64,000 nucleotides of DNA from contig CBDDEL010000011.1 of NCBI GenBank assembly GCA_965226885.1, positions 192,001 through 256,000 on the forward strand, read 5' to 3'. Both the position numbers and the translations under genes were made by a program. Shown one piece after another: positions 1 through 10,504 of the stretch. The stretch comes from Opitutales bacterium. Lineage in GTDB: Bacteria > Verrucomicrobiota > Verrucomicrobiia > Opitutales > UBA2987. The notes below the pieces were generated by a model. That model was not told where the DNA came from. It worked only from the letters and a program-made list of their open reading frames with translations, and made no database searches. Numbering within the stretch: the first letter of the stretch is position 1; the number at the start of each line of letters is the position of its first letter.

Positions 1-51
1 CTATTTGTACAGCTAAAAATACAAAATAACATTCTTTTTTTATACACTACC
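1..51 (-). mobile_element. Terminal segment of an IS1-family element (same type as 50598-51398); remainder lies left of the window
   Basis: Nt 1-50 match 51349-51398. The reverse complement begins GGTAGTGT, the IS1-type end shared by the other IS1 elements here. Confidence 0.9.
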
Positions 52-880
52 CCCGCGTATCGACCTGAATGGCTTTGTTTCCACCGACGCGCTCGAATTC
101 CCTCTCCTGCAACACCCTCAAAAGTTTAGCCTGCAAATGCGGAGAAATCTCACTGATTTCATCCAGTAGAATGGTCCCGCCATGGGCCAGTTCAAAACGA
201 CCACTACGGCGGCCGACCGCTCCTGTAAAGGCCCCCTTTTCATGTCCAAAAAACTCGCTCTCGATAAGAGTTTCCGATATTGCCGCGCAATTCATCTTGA
301 TAAACGGAGCTGCGGAGCGGGAACTCGCTTTATGTAGTTCACCGGCGATAACCTCTTTGCCAGTACCGCTTTCACCATGTATGAGCACAGTGGCCTGCGT
401 GGGCGCCACTTTTTGAATCAACTTTCGCAATTGGCGGGTGGCTGGGCTCCGGCCCACAAGCTCGGTTTTGAAGGAAACGCTTTGGCTGTAGAAGCGATTG
501 ACATTAACGAGATGAGTATAGTTCTCAGCTTTGTGGATAACCATCTCGATCTGGTTGGTGGAAAAGGGTTTGATCAGATAATCGAAAGCGCCCGCCCGCA
601 TACAGTCAACGGCGGATTCAACGGTTCCATAGCCCGTCATCATAACAATTAAAGGGGCGTCTGGCTTTTTCGAAATTTTGTTCAATAAAGTCGTTCCATC
701 TCCGTCGGGCAGACGTAAATCCATAAAAACCAGGTCGAAGAGGTCCTTCTCCAGATACTTCTCGGCGGTCTTGATGGTTCCGGCAACGGAAACGGAATAA
801 CGCTTTCTGCGCAATAATTCCTGCAGAGATTTTCGGATGATCAGCTCGTCATCGAGTACGAGTATTTTCTCAAAAGCCAT
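52..880 (-). pseudogene. Sigma-54-dependent response regulator (NtrC/AtoC type: REC + AAA+), interrupted by IS1
   Basis: REC domain ([16 protein letters not shown]), Walker [20 protein letters not shown]. The ORF stops at ...IQVDTRG* exactly at the IS1 end, lacking the rest of the AAA+ domain and the HTH. Confidence 0.9.
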
Positions 881-1083
881 TTGCCGCCACTATTATCTGC
901 AACCAATAAAGACCGATAACTCAATAAAAAACCAACCCCAGTTGGCTAAAACTGACTGGGGAAATAAATATTTCATCAATGACCGATTCTAAGTTATGAG
1001 TATTTTTATGCAATGAGGGAAAATCCCTATTTAGGGATAATTTATACCCTCTAGCGGCCTCGGATTCTTAAAAAAATGACTAA

Positions 1084-2646
1084 CCCGGATATTTCGTAAA
1101 AAAAGTATCGTTGATATGCTTAACTGCTGATATACAGCAGGATAGATCAATAATTAAAGCAATATCAGCGATGACAAAAGGTAAACAATTAAAGCTACAG
1201 TTGACAAGGGTAAAAGGCCGCCGTGTGCGGGTTGATTTCAAGGGCGGAGAGGTTACTTCGGATGCCGGACTGCTTTTGATCCGGGAAGTGGATCGGCAGT
1301 TGGGCTTGACCGAACGAGCGGCCCGACAGTTAGTGGACAAACGGCAGAAGGGCAAAGTACGCCATGAGGTATTGGGGATGCTGCGGCAGCGCGTTTACGG
1401 GCTGGTGGCGGGCTATGAGGATTTGAACGACTTTGATACCCTGCGCCACGATCCATTGTTGCAAACGGTAACGGGCGCATTGAAACGTTGGCCAGCGCGC
1501 CGACTTTGTGTCGTTTTGAAAACGGGCAGGATCGGCGGGCGGCCTTTGCGGTAAACGAGCTGTTGGTCGAACAGTTCATGGGCTCCTTTGCCGAGGAACC
1601 CGAAGAGATCATCCTGGACTTTGACGGCACCGACAATCCGGTGCACGGGCTCCAGGAGGGACGTTTTTTCCACGGTTATTATGATCATTACTGTTTTCTG
1701 CCGCTATATGTTTTTTGCGGTGATCAGCTGCTGGTGGCCTACCTGCGGCCGAGCAAGATCGATGCCAGCAAGCATGCCGGGGCCATCCTCAAATTGCTGG
1801 TTAAACGGATTCGCTAAAGCTGGCCCCGTACGCGGATTATTTGGCGCGCCGACAGTGGATTTTGTCGAGACCGGATACTCTCTTGGTGCGACCGCAACGA
1901 AGTTAGTTACATCGTGGGGATGGCTCGCAATGCACGCTTGCAGCAAGACGCCCAGCAGTTGCAAAAGCAGGCCAAAGAATGGTTCGAACTAAGGGGTAAA
2001 AAACAACGGTTATTCCAGGACTTCGTCTATGCTGCCGATTCGTGGCGATGGCTGCGGTTGGTCATCCATAAAGCCGAACACACCGCACAGGGGTCCAACC
2101 CGCGCTTCGTGGTGACGAACCTGCCGGGCGATCCCCAGGAGCTTTACGACAAGGTATACTGTGGCCGCGGTGAAATGGAGAACCGAATCAAGGAACAGAT
2201 GCAATTGTTCAGCGAGCGCACCAGCGCCCATCAATGGTGGGCCAATCAGTGGCGATTGCTCTTGTCGGCGCTGGCCTACACCTTGATGGAAGCCATGCGC
2301 CGGTTAGCCTTAAAAGGGACGAAGTGGGCGCGGGCCCAATGCCACACCCTGCGGCTCAAATTAATCAAGATTGGAGCGGTCATCGTGCGCAACACCCGAA
2401 CGATTCACTTTCACCTAAGTGGTTATCCTTGGGCCAGTCTTTTCAACCATGCGGCCCGCCGATTGGTGCCAACCTAAAGGGTGCATTGGTGCTGCCCCCG
2501 GCACTACCGAACCAATGGGGGAAAGGGGGCAGTGTCTCTACACCCTGAAAAACACCTAAAAATCAAGACGATCTGCTCAAAATACAAAGAAATCCATCTC
2601 CAATAGCAATAACGAGCCAAACTTTACCCTTCATGAAATATCCGGG
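1084..2646 (+). mobile_element. IS1380-family element, copy 1 (defective transposase)
   Basis: Terminal IRs CCCGGATATTTC...GAAATATCCGGG; 4-bp target duplication CTAA (1080-1083, 2647-2650); near-identical to 16622-18188. Confidence 0.95.
1171..2477 (+). pseudogene. IS1380 transposase pseudogene
   Basis: Relative to the intact copy (16709-18019): 1-nt deletion (GGGG>GGG near 1473), CAA>TAA nonsense at 1815-1817, and a 3-nt deletion near the C-terminus (HLSGYPW vs HLSESYPW). Confidence 0.93.
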
Positions 2647-2790
2647 CTAAGGTTATCTGTTTTTTCGATTTGGCAACCAAAAGAATTGCTTTTTTTGTCG
2701 GTGCGCCCAAATTGCTTAGATTGCTTCGTTTGAAAAGACCCACCATTCGACGTCAATTCATCCTTACAACCCGAGCTTGAAAGTATTTTT

Positions 2791-3015
2791 ATGGATTCAC
2801 ATGATTTGCCACCGGATTCACTGCGTAAAATAGTGCACGACCTGAATGGAGAATTATTTCTCATACGTGGTTTCGCTGACCTCACCTTGGGGAAAATTGA
2901 AAATAACCATCCGATTGCGGATAATATACGAAAAATCCTCCGCCGCACCGATGAGCTGGAACGCATTATTCAAACATTACGGCATAAACAGCAAGTTTTG
3001 GAGCCCGATGAATAA
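2791..3015 (+). CDS. Small stand-alone HisKA-like (H-box helical hairpin) protein
   Basis: 74 aa; LRKIVHDLNGELFLIRGFADL resembles a histidine-kinase H-box; no HATPase domain follows. Confidence 0.55.
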   Translation: MDSHDLPPDSLRKIVHDLNGELFLIRGFADLTLGKIENNHPIADNIRKILRRTDELERIIQTLRHKQQVLEPDE

Positions 3016-3176
3016 ATTCCCATGTATTTAATTACTGGAAATATTGGCTAAGAAATTGTCTTCTCAGGGCCATGTTATGATGTCGGCTGGTTGATTGAGA
3101 GTGAATTTCGATAATATTTTATATTTTCTTAAGGATTAAGTATAATTTCCGATATGAACCATGAGTAAAAGTACGT

Positions 3177-3425
3177 ATGGAAATTATAATTCAATCATCA
3201 TTTAGCGCACCCAACCCCCCACATACTCAACATAGGCAAATTATGCCCACAATACCCGAAAAGAAAAAAGTGGACCCTAAAAACAATCACCAGGGCCAGG
3301 AAATCCGGTCTCATATCGTTGCAAGGGGCAAGCTTCTTGCCCAGGATTCGAATTATCCAGACAGCAATATACTCAGGCAAACCGCCCAAAATTTGGTGGC
3401 TGAAAAATTGATTAAATTAATCTAG
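3177..3425 (+). CDS. Small hypothetical protein, possibly FlgM-like
   Basis: 82 aa, disordered-looking N-half, C-terminal QEIRSHIVARGKLLAQDSNYPDSNILRQTAQNL. Confidence 0.45.
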   Translation: MEIIIQSSFSAPNPPHTQHRQIMPTIPEKKKVDPKNNHQGQEIRSHIVARGKLLAQDSNYPDSNILRQTAQNLVAEKLIKLI

Positions 3426-3496
3426 AGGCAATTTTACCCGATTCAGATCGTCTTTCCGCCGTCTAGCCGTGACGGTCCCTGGTCCTTGCTTATGAG

Positions 3497-4183
3497 CTAG
3501 TCAATCAGGATCAGAGTGTCCTGCAATTCATTGAGGTCGTCTTCCGCTCGGGGCAATGGGCCGGATAACTGCCTGCCGGCCTCTTCAATTACCGCACTGA
3601 GGGCTTCGGCAGGATGATTTTTCGCCATCCCATTTGTCAATTGCCGGCAAAGTTGGTCGAGGAATGGCTGACCGAGTTTGTCCAGGATAATCTGGTCGCT
3701 CAAGACCATGGCCGTGCGCTCAAAGAGGGATATGTAAAACAAAAGACCGGAACTGCCGGCCGTATGATGGACCCGATTGTCGAAAAAAACTTCGCGAGCC
3801 CGGGCCGCCACTTCCTCCTGCATTTGTAATCGCGGAGTAAACAGCCGCCGGAGCCATCCGATGTGACTTCCCGCCGTGGCTCCGGCTGTGAAAGCGACCA
3901 CCATGGCCACCGCAAGGATCAGCAATTCCAGTAACAAGGGCAGCCCGCCGCCCCAGCTGCCTGTATCTTCTTTTTGCCCCGGGAGCAGCAGCCACAGGGA
4001 GATCGCGGCCACTATGGCCAGCCATAAACCAATAATATCTTCCGCCCGGTCGTAGCGACCCGAAGCGGTGGCCACTGCCGGGACAATTTCGCAGGAGGTT
4101 TGGCCCTCGGCTTTTTCCACCGCTTGCTCCACCTGTTTGCGCTGTTCTTCGCTAAAAAGTTGGGATGCCTTTTGCATAAGCAT
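3497..4183 (-). CDS. TPM-domain-associated membrane protein (partner of upstream TPM/YgcG gene)
   Basis: MLMQKASQLFSEEQRKQVEQAVEKAEGQTSCEIVP..., two TM helices, VHHTAGSSGLLFYISLFER, C-terminal DDLNELQD. True start is the ATG at 4183 in the last copy of the 34-bp repeat. Confidence 0.8.
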   Translation of the reverse strand: MLMQKASQLFSEEQRKQVEQAVEKAEGQTSCEIVPAVATASGRYDRAEDIIGLWLAIVAAISLWLLLPGQKEDTGSWGGGLPLLLELLILAVAMVVAFTAGATAGSHIGWLRRLFTPRLQMQEEVAARAREVFFDNRVHHTAGSSGLLFYISLFERTAMVLSDQIILDKLGQPFLDQLCRQLTNGMAKNHPAEALSAVIEEAGRQLSGPLPRAEDDLNELQDTLILID

Positions 4184-4258
4184 AATTTCCAAGTTGGGAT
4201 GCCTTTTGCATAAGCATAATTTCCAAGTTGGGATGCCTTTTGCATAAGCATAATTTCC
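4157..4258. repeat. Perfect 34-bp tandem triplication covering the RBS and start of the 3497-4183 gene
   Basis: AAGTTGGGATGCCTTTTGCATAAGCATAATTTCC at 4157-4190, 4191-4224, 4225-4258, no spacers. Confidence 0.97.
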
Positions 4259-4263
4259 TGATT

Positions 4264-5070
4264 TTACCACGAACCGGAGGCTCCTCCGCCCCCGGAAGAT
4301 CCGCCGCCGAACGAGCCGCCGCTGAAACCCCCGCTCGAACTGCTTCTGAGCATTTGCATGAGCAAAAACCCTAGCAAGGTGAAAACCGCTCCCCAAAACA
4401 GCCAGGCCCATCCGCTCGCTCCCCGCTTGATGAGTGAAACTATGGTGAAGATGGCCAAACCGATAAATCCAACAACCAGGGCAAAATGCCACCAAGGGCG
4501 TGGCCGGGTCGGCAATTCAAGCTGTCTCGCCATTTTATCGAGAGCGCCCACCCCGGCTGCAATTCCCGCTGAAAACTTTCCCTGTTTAAAATGGTAAATG
4601 ATATGCTCCTGCATAATCTGGCGGCATTGGGCATCTTCCCGACGGCCCCACCCGGCGCCCAGTTCTATTCTCGCCTGCCGGTCGCCCCTTGAGACCAGCA
4701 GCAGAATGCCCGTATTCCAGTCCTGCTCTCCCAATTTTGCATGTCCTATGCCCCATTGGTTGAAGAGGATGGTGGAAAAAGTTTCGATGCTCATGCCGGA
4801 ACCTCCATGCCGCGCCATCGACTCAATGGTCACCACAATGATGGGGGTGGCTTTATCTGTCAGCAAGGCATCGCATAAAGCCTTAATTTGTTCTTCGTCC
4901 GCCGCATCAATCAAATTGGCCTGGTCGCGGACAAATTCCCTTTCCCCGGGTCGTTCAATGGTGATTTCCAGCCCCCATACGGTAGAACCACATACCGCTA
5001 TCGAGATTAAAAAAACGGAAAAGAGACGGATAACCGTTTTATTAAAGCTGCGATTATGGAATTTATTCAC
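4264..5070 (-). CDS. TPM domain protein (YgcG/DUF477 family)
   Basis: Signal peptide, FVRDQANLI, LFNQWGIG, GILLLVSRGDRQARIELGAG, two TM helices, Gly-rich tail GGFSGGSFGGGSSGGGGASGSW. Confidence 0.9.
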   Translation of the reverse strand: MNKFHNRSFNKTVIRLFSVFLISIAVCGSTVWGLEITIERPGEREFVRDQANLIDAADEEQIKALCDALLTDKATPIIVVTIESMARHGGSGMSIETFSTILFNQWGIGHAKLGEQDWNTGILLLVSRGDRQARIELGAGWGRREDAQCRQIMQEHIIYHFKQGKFSAGIAAGVGALDKMARQLELPTRPRPWWHFALVVGFIGLAIFTIVSLIKRGASGWAWLFWGAVFTLLGFLLMQMLRSSSSGGFSGGSFGGGSSGGGGASGSW

Positions 5071-5098
5071 CAGTCCGGTCTTTCTCCACGACTTAATA

Positions 5099-5620
5099 TT
5101 AACGCCAGATCACATTCCTTATTAAACCGTAAATGGTTCCAAGCAATCCCAATATACAAAAGCCCGCTCCCGGAATGGCAATAAAATTCAAGGATTCCTT
5201 AGCCGCGCCGGTACTTCCCAAGCCCGGCGCCTTGAATGCGGCCAGCATCCAGAACAAAGTGTAAAGCACTGCCCCCGCTCCGAAAGCTGTGGTAATTGTT
5301 TTTTCCACCCGCCCCGATTTGCCGATGAGGGCCATTAAGAGAATGCAGCTCAACGCGGTAGTCCCGATAGCGCCGCCATGAAGATGGGCTCTTTGCAGGT
5401 AAGTCCAGGACTTGTTGGCGACGGCATTCATTTGCGCCATATTCCCTTCGTAAACCGTTTCCAGAACCGATTCGGCGGATTCCCTTAAAATTGCTTTGAT
5501 CGAATCCTCGGCCGCTCCAAATATACCCCCCAGGCCAAACCCCAATTAAATGGAAATCAGGGCTAGGAGAATGCCGCAGGCAAAAGGTTGCAAGCTATTG
5601 ACGTTGTTCGTTTCACTCAT
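5099..5620 (-). pseudogene. Multi-pass membrane protein gene with one in-frame nonsense codon
   Basis: ATG at 5620 reads MSETNNVNSLQPFACGILLALISI*LGFGLGGIFG...; TAA at 5546-5548 splits a hydrophobic helix; 174 codons overall; RAHLHGGAIG motif downstream. Confidence 0.75.
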
Positions 5621-5736
5621 TTATCTGCCCGGCAGTTTGGTTATGGTAAAAACCGATGCAACTCCAAAGCATTTTCTAAAGAAACATAAAACTATACCCC
5701 TGCAAACGATCTCAAACCTGCTTGCCTCCTCCTAAA

Positions 5737-6555
5737 ATGACTTTTTATGAAAAACTGGATCATATTTGGAAACTGAATAATTCTTTGGTTTGCGTTGGTC
5801 TGGATCCCGACCTGGATCGAATGCCCCTTCATTTTCGGGGACAGGAGAATCCGATTTTTGCGTATTTGCGGGAGATCATCACCAAAACAGCAGATCTGGT
5901 ATGCGCTTATAAACCCCAGATCGCTTATTTTTCCGGCCAGGGAGCGGAGGATCAATTGTTGCTCACCATGAGGTACTTGAAGGAGCATCATCCGGAAATC
6001 CCCGTCATCCTCGACGCCAAACGGGGAGATATCGGCAGCACTGCGGCCATGTACGCGCGGGAAGCCTTTGACCGCTATGGGGCCGATGCGGTGACGGTTA
6101 ATCCCTACCTCGGAGGCGATTCTCTGGGGCCATTTTTGGAATGGAGCGACAAGGGAGTCTTTATTCTGTGCAGGACCTCCAATCCCGGAGGCATGGAATT
6201 GCAAAACCTTCAGGTGGATGGCCGGAAAATTTACCAGATCGTAGCGGAAAAAGCGGCTTGTGACTGGAATGGAAACGGAAATGTGGGACTCGTCGCCGGA
6301 GCCACCTATCCTCGGGAACTGGCTCAAATCCGTGAGGCCGTCGGCGATATGCCGCTGCTGGTGCCGGGAGTTGGAGCGCAGGGGGGCGATATCGGCCAGG
6401 TTGTCGAGGTGGGTTTGAACTCCCGCGGAACCGGGATGATCATCAATTCAGCGCGTGGCATTCTCTATGCGGGAAATGACCGGGATTTCGCCCAAGCGGC
6501 GCGCGCAGAGACAATTAAGCTAAGGGACGCCATCAATTTGTGTCGCCCGATTTGA
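5737..6555 (+). CDS. pyrF: Orotidine-5'-phosphate decarboxylase (type 2)
   Basis: VCVGLDPD, YKPQIAYF, catalytic ILDAKRGDIGST, VNPYLG, RTSNPG, LLVPGVGAQGG. Confidence 0.96.
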   Translation: MTFYEKLDHIWKLNNSLVCVGLDPDLDRMPLHFRGQENPIFAYLREIITKTADLVCAYKPQIAYFSGQGAEDQLLLTMRYLKEHHPEIPVILDAKRGDIGSTAAMYAREAFDRYGADAVTVNPYLGGDSLGPFLEWSDKGVFILCRTSNPGGMELQNLQVDGRKIYQIVAEKAACDWNGNGNVGLVAGATYPRELAQIREAVGDMPLLVPGVGAQGGDIGQVVEVGLNSRGTGMIINSARGILYAGNDRDFAQAARAETIKLRDAINLCRPI

Positions 6556-6714
6556 ATTAAATTATTTTCCAGAGTGTAAGCATATTCAAGGCTGTCCGAC
6601 CTAAATGAAAATGCAGCCAAGAAACCGGCTGTTTGAAAATTGGGAAATAATCATGAAAATAATTAAAAAATTGGGAAGAGGCTTTTTATCGATTTTCATC
6701 GGGGGGTCTTCAAA

Positions 6715-7098
6715 ATGCCGATCCTGTGGCAGCTTTGGCTGGCCCTGCTGGTAGCTGGAAACATGGTTGTGCCGCTTTTATTTATTGATCGGCTGGAATC
6801 GCAGGTGGTTTTGGGCGCCATGGTTGGCGCTTTCATTTTGATGGTGGTTCTGACCGGGTTTACCGGTTTTACCCGCCTGCTGGGGCTGGGATATCTCGTT
6901 TTTTGGACTCCGGCCGTAATCTACCTTTTTGGCCGGTTGGGGGAGACCCCGGCAAACGATTTTTTTGGAATCTGGTTACGCTTGCTACTCGCCATTAATA
7001 TTTTATCTCTCATCATTGATGCTGCCGATGTCATTCGCTACATAGGCGGTGATCGTCTGGATTCTTTGTCCGGGCACAATTCTACCACAGATAATTAA
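6715..7098 (+). CDS. Hypothetical 4-TM membrane protein
   Basis: 127 aa strongly hydrophobic ORF (FTRLLGLG, LIIDAADVIRYIGGDR). An out-of-frame ATG at 6653 may be the original start. Confidence 0.7.
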   Translation: MPILWQLWLALLVAGNMVVPLLFIDRLESQVVLGAMVGAFILMVVLTGFTGFTRLLGLGYLVFWTPAVIYLFGRLGETPANDFFGIWLRLLLAINILSLIIDAADVIRYIGGDRLDSLSGHNSTTDN

Positions 7099-7119
7099 TT
7101 GCTTAAAAAACACATCGTT

Positions 7120-8073
7120 ATGCGGAAGATCCAGAACACTACTACTGCGGCGGCCTTTTTATTTTTCGGAATGTCTTTTGCTTCCTGCCTTATTGGGGGG
7201 GATGAGGAAATGGTGGAGGGGAGGCTGCACATCGAGATGGAGGACGCCAACGAAAGGACGCCCAACTGGTTTCCGGATGGGAAAAGGATTCTACTTGAAT
7301 CGGACTATTTTGGGGATTGGGAACTTTATACGATGAACGTGGATGAGGTCGGTTCGGAGAGGGAAAGGCTGACTTTCGATAAGAGTTCGGAACGCCAGCC
7401 AGCCCTTTCGCCCGACGCCAAGAGGGTTGTTTTTCAAAGCAATCGCAACGGCCCGATGGATTTGTTCATTTTGGAATTGGCGGATAAAAAAGTCCGGCAA
7501 CTGACCAGCATGGAGGGCGACGAGATGTTTCCCCACTGGTCGCCGGATGGCCAGCGAATTGCCTTTACCGCCAACAAGGCGGGAAATCTCGATCTTTATG
7601 TGACCGATGCGGAGGGCAAATCCGTACGGCAGTTGACCGACCACCCGGGCCGCGATGTCTGGCCGCGGTGGTCTCCCGATGGCTCGCAAATTCTGTTTTT
7701 CTCACGCCGGGATACCGATGGGCAGGATGACGAGCTATACCTCATGCCGGCGGAGGGCGGACCTGCCCGGAGAATTACCAATCGTGCGGGACATGATTTC
7801 TGCCCCGCCTGGTCGCCCGACGGTCAGCGCATTGCGGTCTCAGCGGTTGATGAAGAGGCCGGACGGAGCATCCACATCATCGACTTGCAGGGAAAGGTAT
7901 TAAGCTGTATCGGGCTGGGCTTTGTCAGGGTTACCATGCCGGTCTGGTCGCCGGACGGGACCAAAATCGCCTATATCGCGAGGGGCAATAAGGGGCTTTA
8001 CGATATTTATATCGAGGAAGTTCCCGCGACGGCCGATCAGGACGCTACTTTTTCTCCAGCCAGGAAACGATGA
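7120..8073 (+). CDS. TolB-like PD40/WD40-like beta-propeller protein, probably exported
   Basis: Six P.WSPDG..I.F-type repeats; N-terminal signal ending FASC. Confidence 0.88.
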   Translation: MRKIQNTTTAAAFLFFGMSFASCLIGGDEEMVEGRLHIEMEDANERTPNWFPDGKRILLESDYFGDWELYTMNVDEVGSERERLTFDKSSERQPALSPDAKRVVFQSNRNGPMDLFILELADKKVRQLTSMEGDEMFPHWSPDGQRIAFTANKAGNLDLYVTDAEGKSVRQLTDHPGRDVWPRWSPDGSQILFFSRRDTDGQDDELYLMPAEGGPARRITNRAGHDFCPAWSPDGQRIAVSAVDEEAGRSIHIIDLQGKVLSCIGLGFVRVTMPVWSPDGTKIAYIARGNKGLYDIYIEEVPATADQDATFSPARKR

Positions 8074-8884
8074 CTTCGCGGTTTTGTTTGTAAATGGCGT
8101 AAAGGATGCCGGGGGCGGAGCGATCCCAAGCGATACCCTGGCCGGGATTGCTGACTTTTATAGTTTCAAGCAACTCCAGGATGGAGCCGGCTTCGGGGAT
8201 TTTCATGACATAGATTTCCTCGGCGTCGTGCCCCGTCACATAGAGAAGGCCCTCTTCATCAAAAATACCGCCGGAAGAACTATAGCCGGCGAATTTTTCA
8301 AGGACCGAGGCGGGAAAAATCCAGCCTTCCTTGCGGTTCCAGTCCTTGTCGAATTTAACCAAGTTGGTCCATGTGGGATCGCGGTTGGGCTCCGCCGCCC
8401 GGTTCCCATAATGCGCGAAAGCGACGTACCAATGGTCGTCGTAAAAATCGATCCAGGTGGTGGAACCGGAATAGATGCCGAAGCTGTGCGAGCCGATGTG
8501 TTTCAGTGTCTTGGTATCCCAGATTTCGATGGAACCGGTCATGGGAACTCCCGGATAGTTGGAATGGGCGCAGTATAGTTTGCCGTCGAGAACGATTCCG
8601 CTGTTGAGGTGGATGAGCGGCTCTCCTTCGGGACACTCCCAGCCTGTTAGGCGCTCACCGGTGGTTTTGTCGTACTTGCCGATAGCATGATTGCTGATGG
8701 CGTAGAAGTATTTGGCGTCCACGGCCACAGCCTGCCTGGCTTCCACGGCCGGAAACCGCCGCAGCTCCTCGTAATCATAAGAACTCTCCGCCCAAAGGCC
8801 AGGCAGAGAAAGCGAGAGCAAGAAAACCCCGATAAGGCCAGGGCGAAGAAGGTTGAGAGATGGTAATATCTTATTCATATACAT
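8045..8884 (-). CDS. Secreted hypothetical protein, probable beta-propeller
   Basis: Signal peptide followed by a beta-rich repetitive sequence (EARQAVAVD, HLNSGIV, LYVTGHD, GQGIAWD). Confidence 0.7.
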   Translation of the reverse strand: MYMNKILPSLNLLRPGLIGVFLLSLSLPGLWAESSYDYEELRRFPAVEARQAVAVDAKYFYAISNHAIGKYDKTTGERLTGWECPEGEPLIHLNSGIVLDGKLYCAHSNYPGVPMTGSIEIWDTKTLKHIGSHSFGIYSGSTTWIDFYDDHWYVAFAHYGNRAAEPNRDPTWTNLVKFDKDWNRKEGWIFPASVLEKFAGYSSSGGIFDEEGLLYVTGHDAEEIYVMKIPEAGSILELLETIKVSNPGQGIAWDRSAPGILYAIYKQNREVIVSWLEKK

Positions 8885-8917
8885 GATTCTGGCAAAGTGA
8901 GGATGGAAGACGTTTTT

Positions 8918-9174
8918 TCATTCTTCGGAGTGGAGCTTGAAATTCTCGAACTCGGGTTCTCCGGTTTCATTTTTTACTTTTAATTGTTCGATTTTTAATT
9001 CCGCCTCTTGCAGCCGTTTCTGGCAAAGACGCAAAAGTTTGTTGCCTTCTTCGAATTGGGATACCAGGTCGGCCAGCGGAATATCCCCGCCTTCCATTGA
9101 TTCCAGGATGGATTCGAGCTTCTCCAGCGCCTCCTCGAAAGCGATGGCTTTTTTTTGTCTTTGGACCCCGGCAT
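8918..9174 (-). pseudogene. xseB: Exodeoxyribonuclease VII small subunit, frameshifted in an A8 run
   Basis: Frame reads AIAFEEALEKLESILESMEGGDIPLADLVSQFEEGNKLLRLCQKRLQEAELKIEQL. The only ATG (9174) joins it if the A8 run at 9149-9156 were A9 (85 aa). No in-frame start exists, so it is absent from the ORF track. Confidence 0.85.
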
Positions 9175-9249
9175 AATAATATTGAATGTTCTCCGGTATG
9201 AGCTAGTTGTCTAGCCAAAATTCGTTTGTGGAATTTCTGGAAACTCATC

Positions 9250-10497
9250 ATGGTGACAATTTTAATCTTATTTGTTGTATTACTGGGGCTTAAAACCGTT
9301 TTTGAAATCTGGCTCGAATGGCTCAACCGCCAGCACGTGGAAAAAGCTTCCGATTCAGTGCCGGAACCGTTCAGAGATTTTATCGACCGGGAAACATACA
9401 AAAAAACGATCGATTATACCCTGGCTAAAAGCCGGTTTGGCCTGGTGGAAACCTTTTTTGACGCAGCCTTCATCGCCATCGTCATACTGGGCGGTATTCT
9501 GCCTTGGTTGTATGGAGGACTGATCGGTGTATTTGGCAATAGCCTCTGGGGCCAGGGCCTCACTTTGCTCGCCATCGGCATCATTTTTTCGTTTTTTTCG
9601 CTGCCTTTTCAATGGTGGCAACAATTTCGGCTGGAGGATCGTTTTGGTTTTAACAAGAGTACCCTAAAACTTTGGATAAGCGATCAAATCAAAGGCATCA
9701 TCCTCGGCCTAGTGATTGGATTTCCCATTCTCTGCCTGCTCCTTTGGCTGGTGGGGCTGCCGGTTTGGTGGTTGTGGGCATTCACCGTGGTCTTTGCCTT
9801 TCAACTTTTGATGATGGTCGTTTACCCCATGATCATCATGCCGCTTTTCAATAAATTCGAGCCCCTGCCCGAAGGTGGACTGCGGGAGCGCTTGATGGCC
9901 CTGGCCAAAAAGACCGGGTTCAAGGCCAAGGCCATCCTGGTCATGGATGGCAGCAAACGCTCCGCTCACTCCAATGCGTTTTTTACCGGGTTCGGCAATT
10001 TTCGGCGCATCGTTTTATTCGACACCCTGATGGAGCAATTGGAAGACGAAGAGTTGGAGGCGGTACTGGCTCACGAGATCGGCCATTATAAATTGGGGCA
10101 TGTTTCCCGCATGTTGGCGGTATCGGGCCTGGGCACACTGCTGGGGTTTCGTATTTTGGCGTGGCTGGCGGAAAGCGACTGGTTTTATGAAGGTTTTGGA
10201 TTTTCGGTGGAGCAGGGTCTGGCCCCGGCTTTGCTACTTTTCGGAATGCTCAGCGGGCTTATTACTTTTTGGCTGCATCCGGCCATCAATTTCTGGTCTC
10301 GCAAACACGAGTACGAGGCGGATGCCTTTGCCCGCGAAGCCATCCAATCGGGTGAACCGATGGTGCGGTCACTGCGCAAATTGCATGAAAAAAATCTCAG
10401 CAACCTGACTCCCCACCCGGCTTATAGCGCTTTTTACTATTCCCACCCAACCTTGCTGGAACGCGAAACCTCAATCGCCTCGACCGGAGACGGTTGA
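9250..10497 (+). CDS. M48 family (Ste24/CAAX-type) membrane zinc metallopeptidase
   Basis: [24 protein letters not shown] (HExxH), [17 protein letters not shown], multiple TM helices. Confidence 0.93.
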   Translation: MVTILILFVVLLGLKTVFEIWLEWLNRQHVEKASDSVPEPFRDFIDRETYKKTIDYTLAKSRFGLVETFFDAAFIAIVILGGILPWLYGGLIGVFGNSLWGQGLTLLAIGIIFSFFSLPFQWWQQFRLEDRFGFNKSTLKLWISDQIKGIILGLVIGFPILCLLLWLVGLPVWWLWAFTVVFAFQLLMMVVYPMIIMPLFNKFEPLPEGGLRERLMALAKKTGFKAKAILVMDGSKRSAHSNAFFTGFGNFRRIVLFDTLMEQLEDEELEAVLAHEIGHYKLGHVSRMLAVSGLGTLLGFRILAWLAESDWFYEGFGFSVEQGLAPALLLFGMLSGLITFWLHPAINFWSRKHEYEADAFAREAIQSGEPMVRSLRKLHEKNLSNLTPHPAYSAFYYSHPTLLERETSIASTGDG

Positions 10498-10504
10498 TCA
10501 AGAA

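Noticed and set aside
4157..4258. CRISPR array (34-bp repeats)
   Set aside because: Units abut with no spacers, the unit is a gene start, and no cas genes are present.
3497..4495. 332-aa extended ORF
   Set aside because: The extension is an off-frame overlap with the TPM gene, read through the 34-bp triplication.
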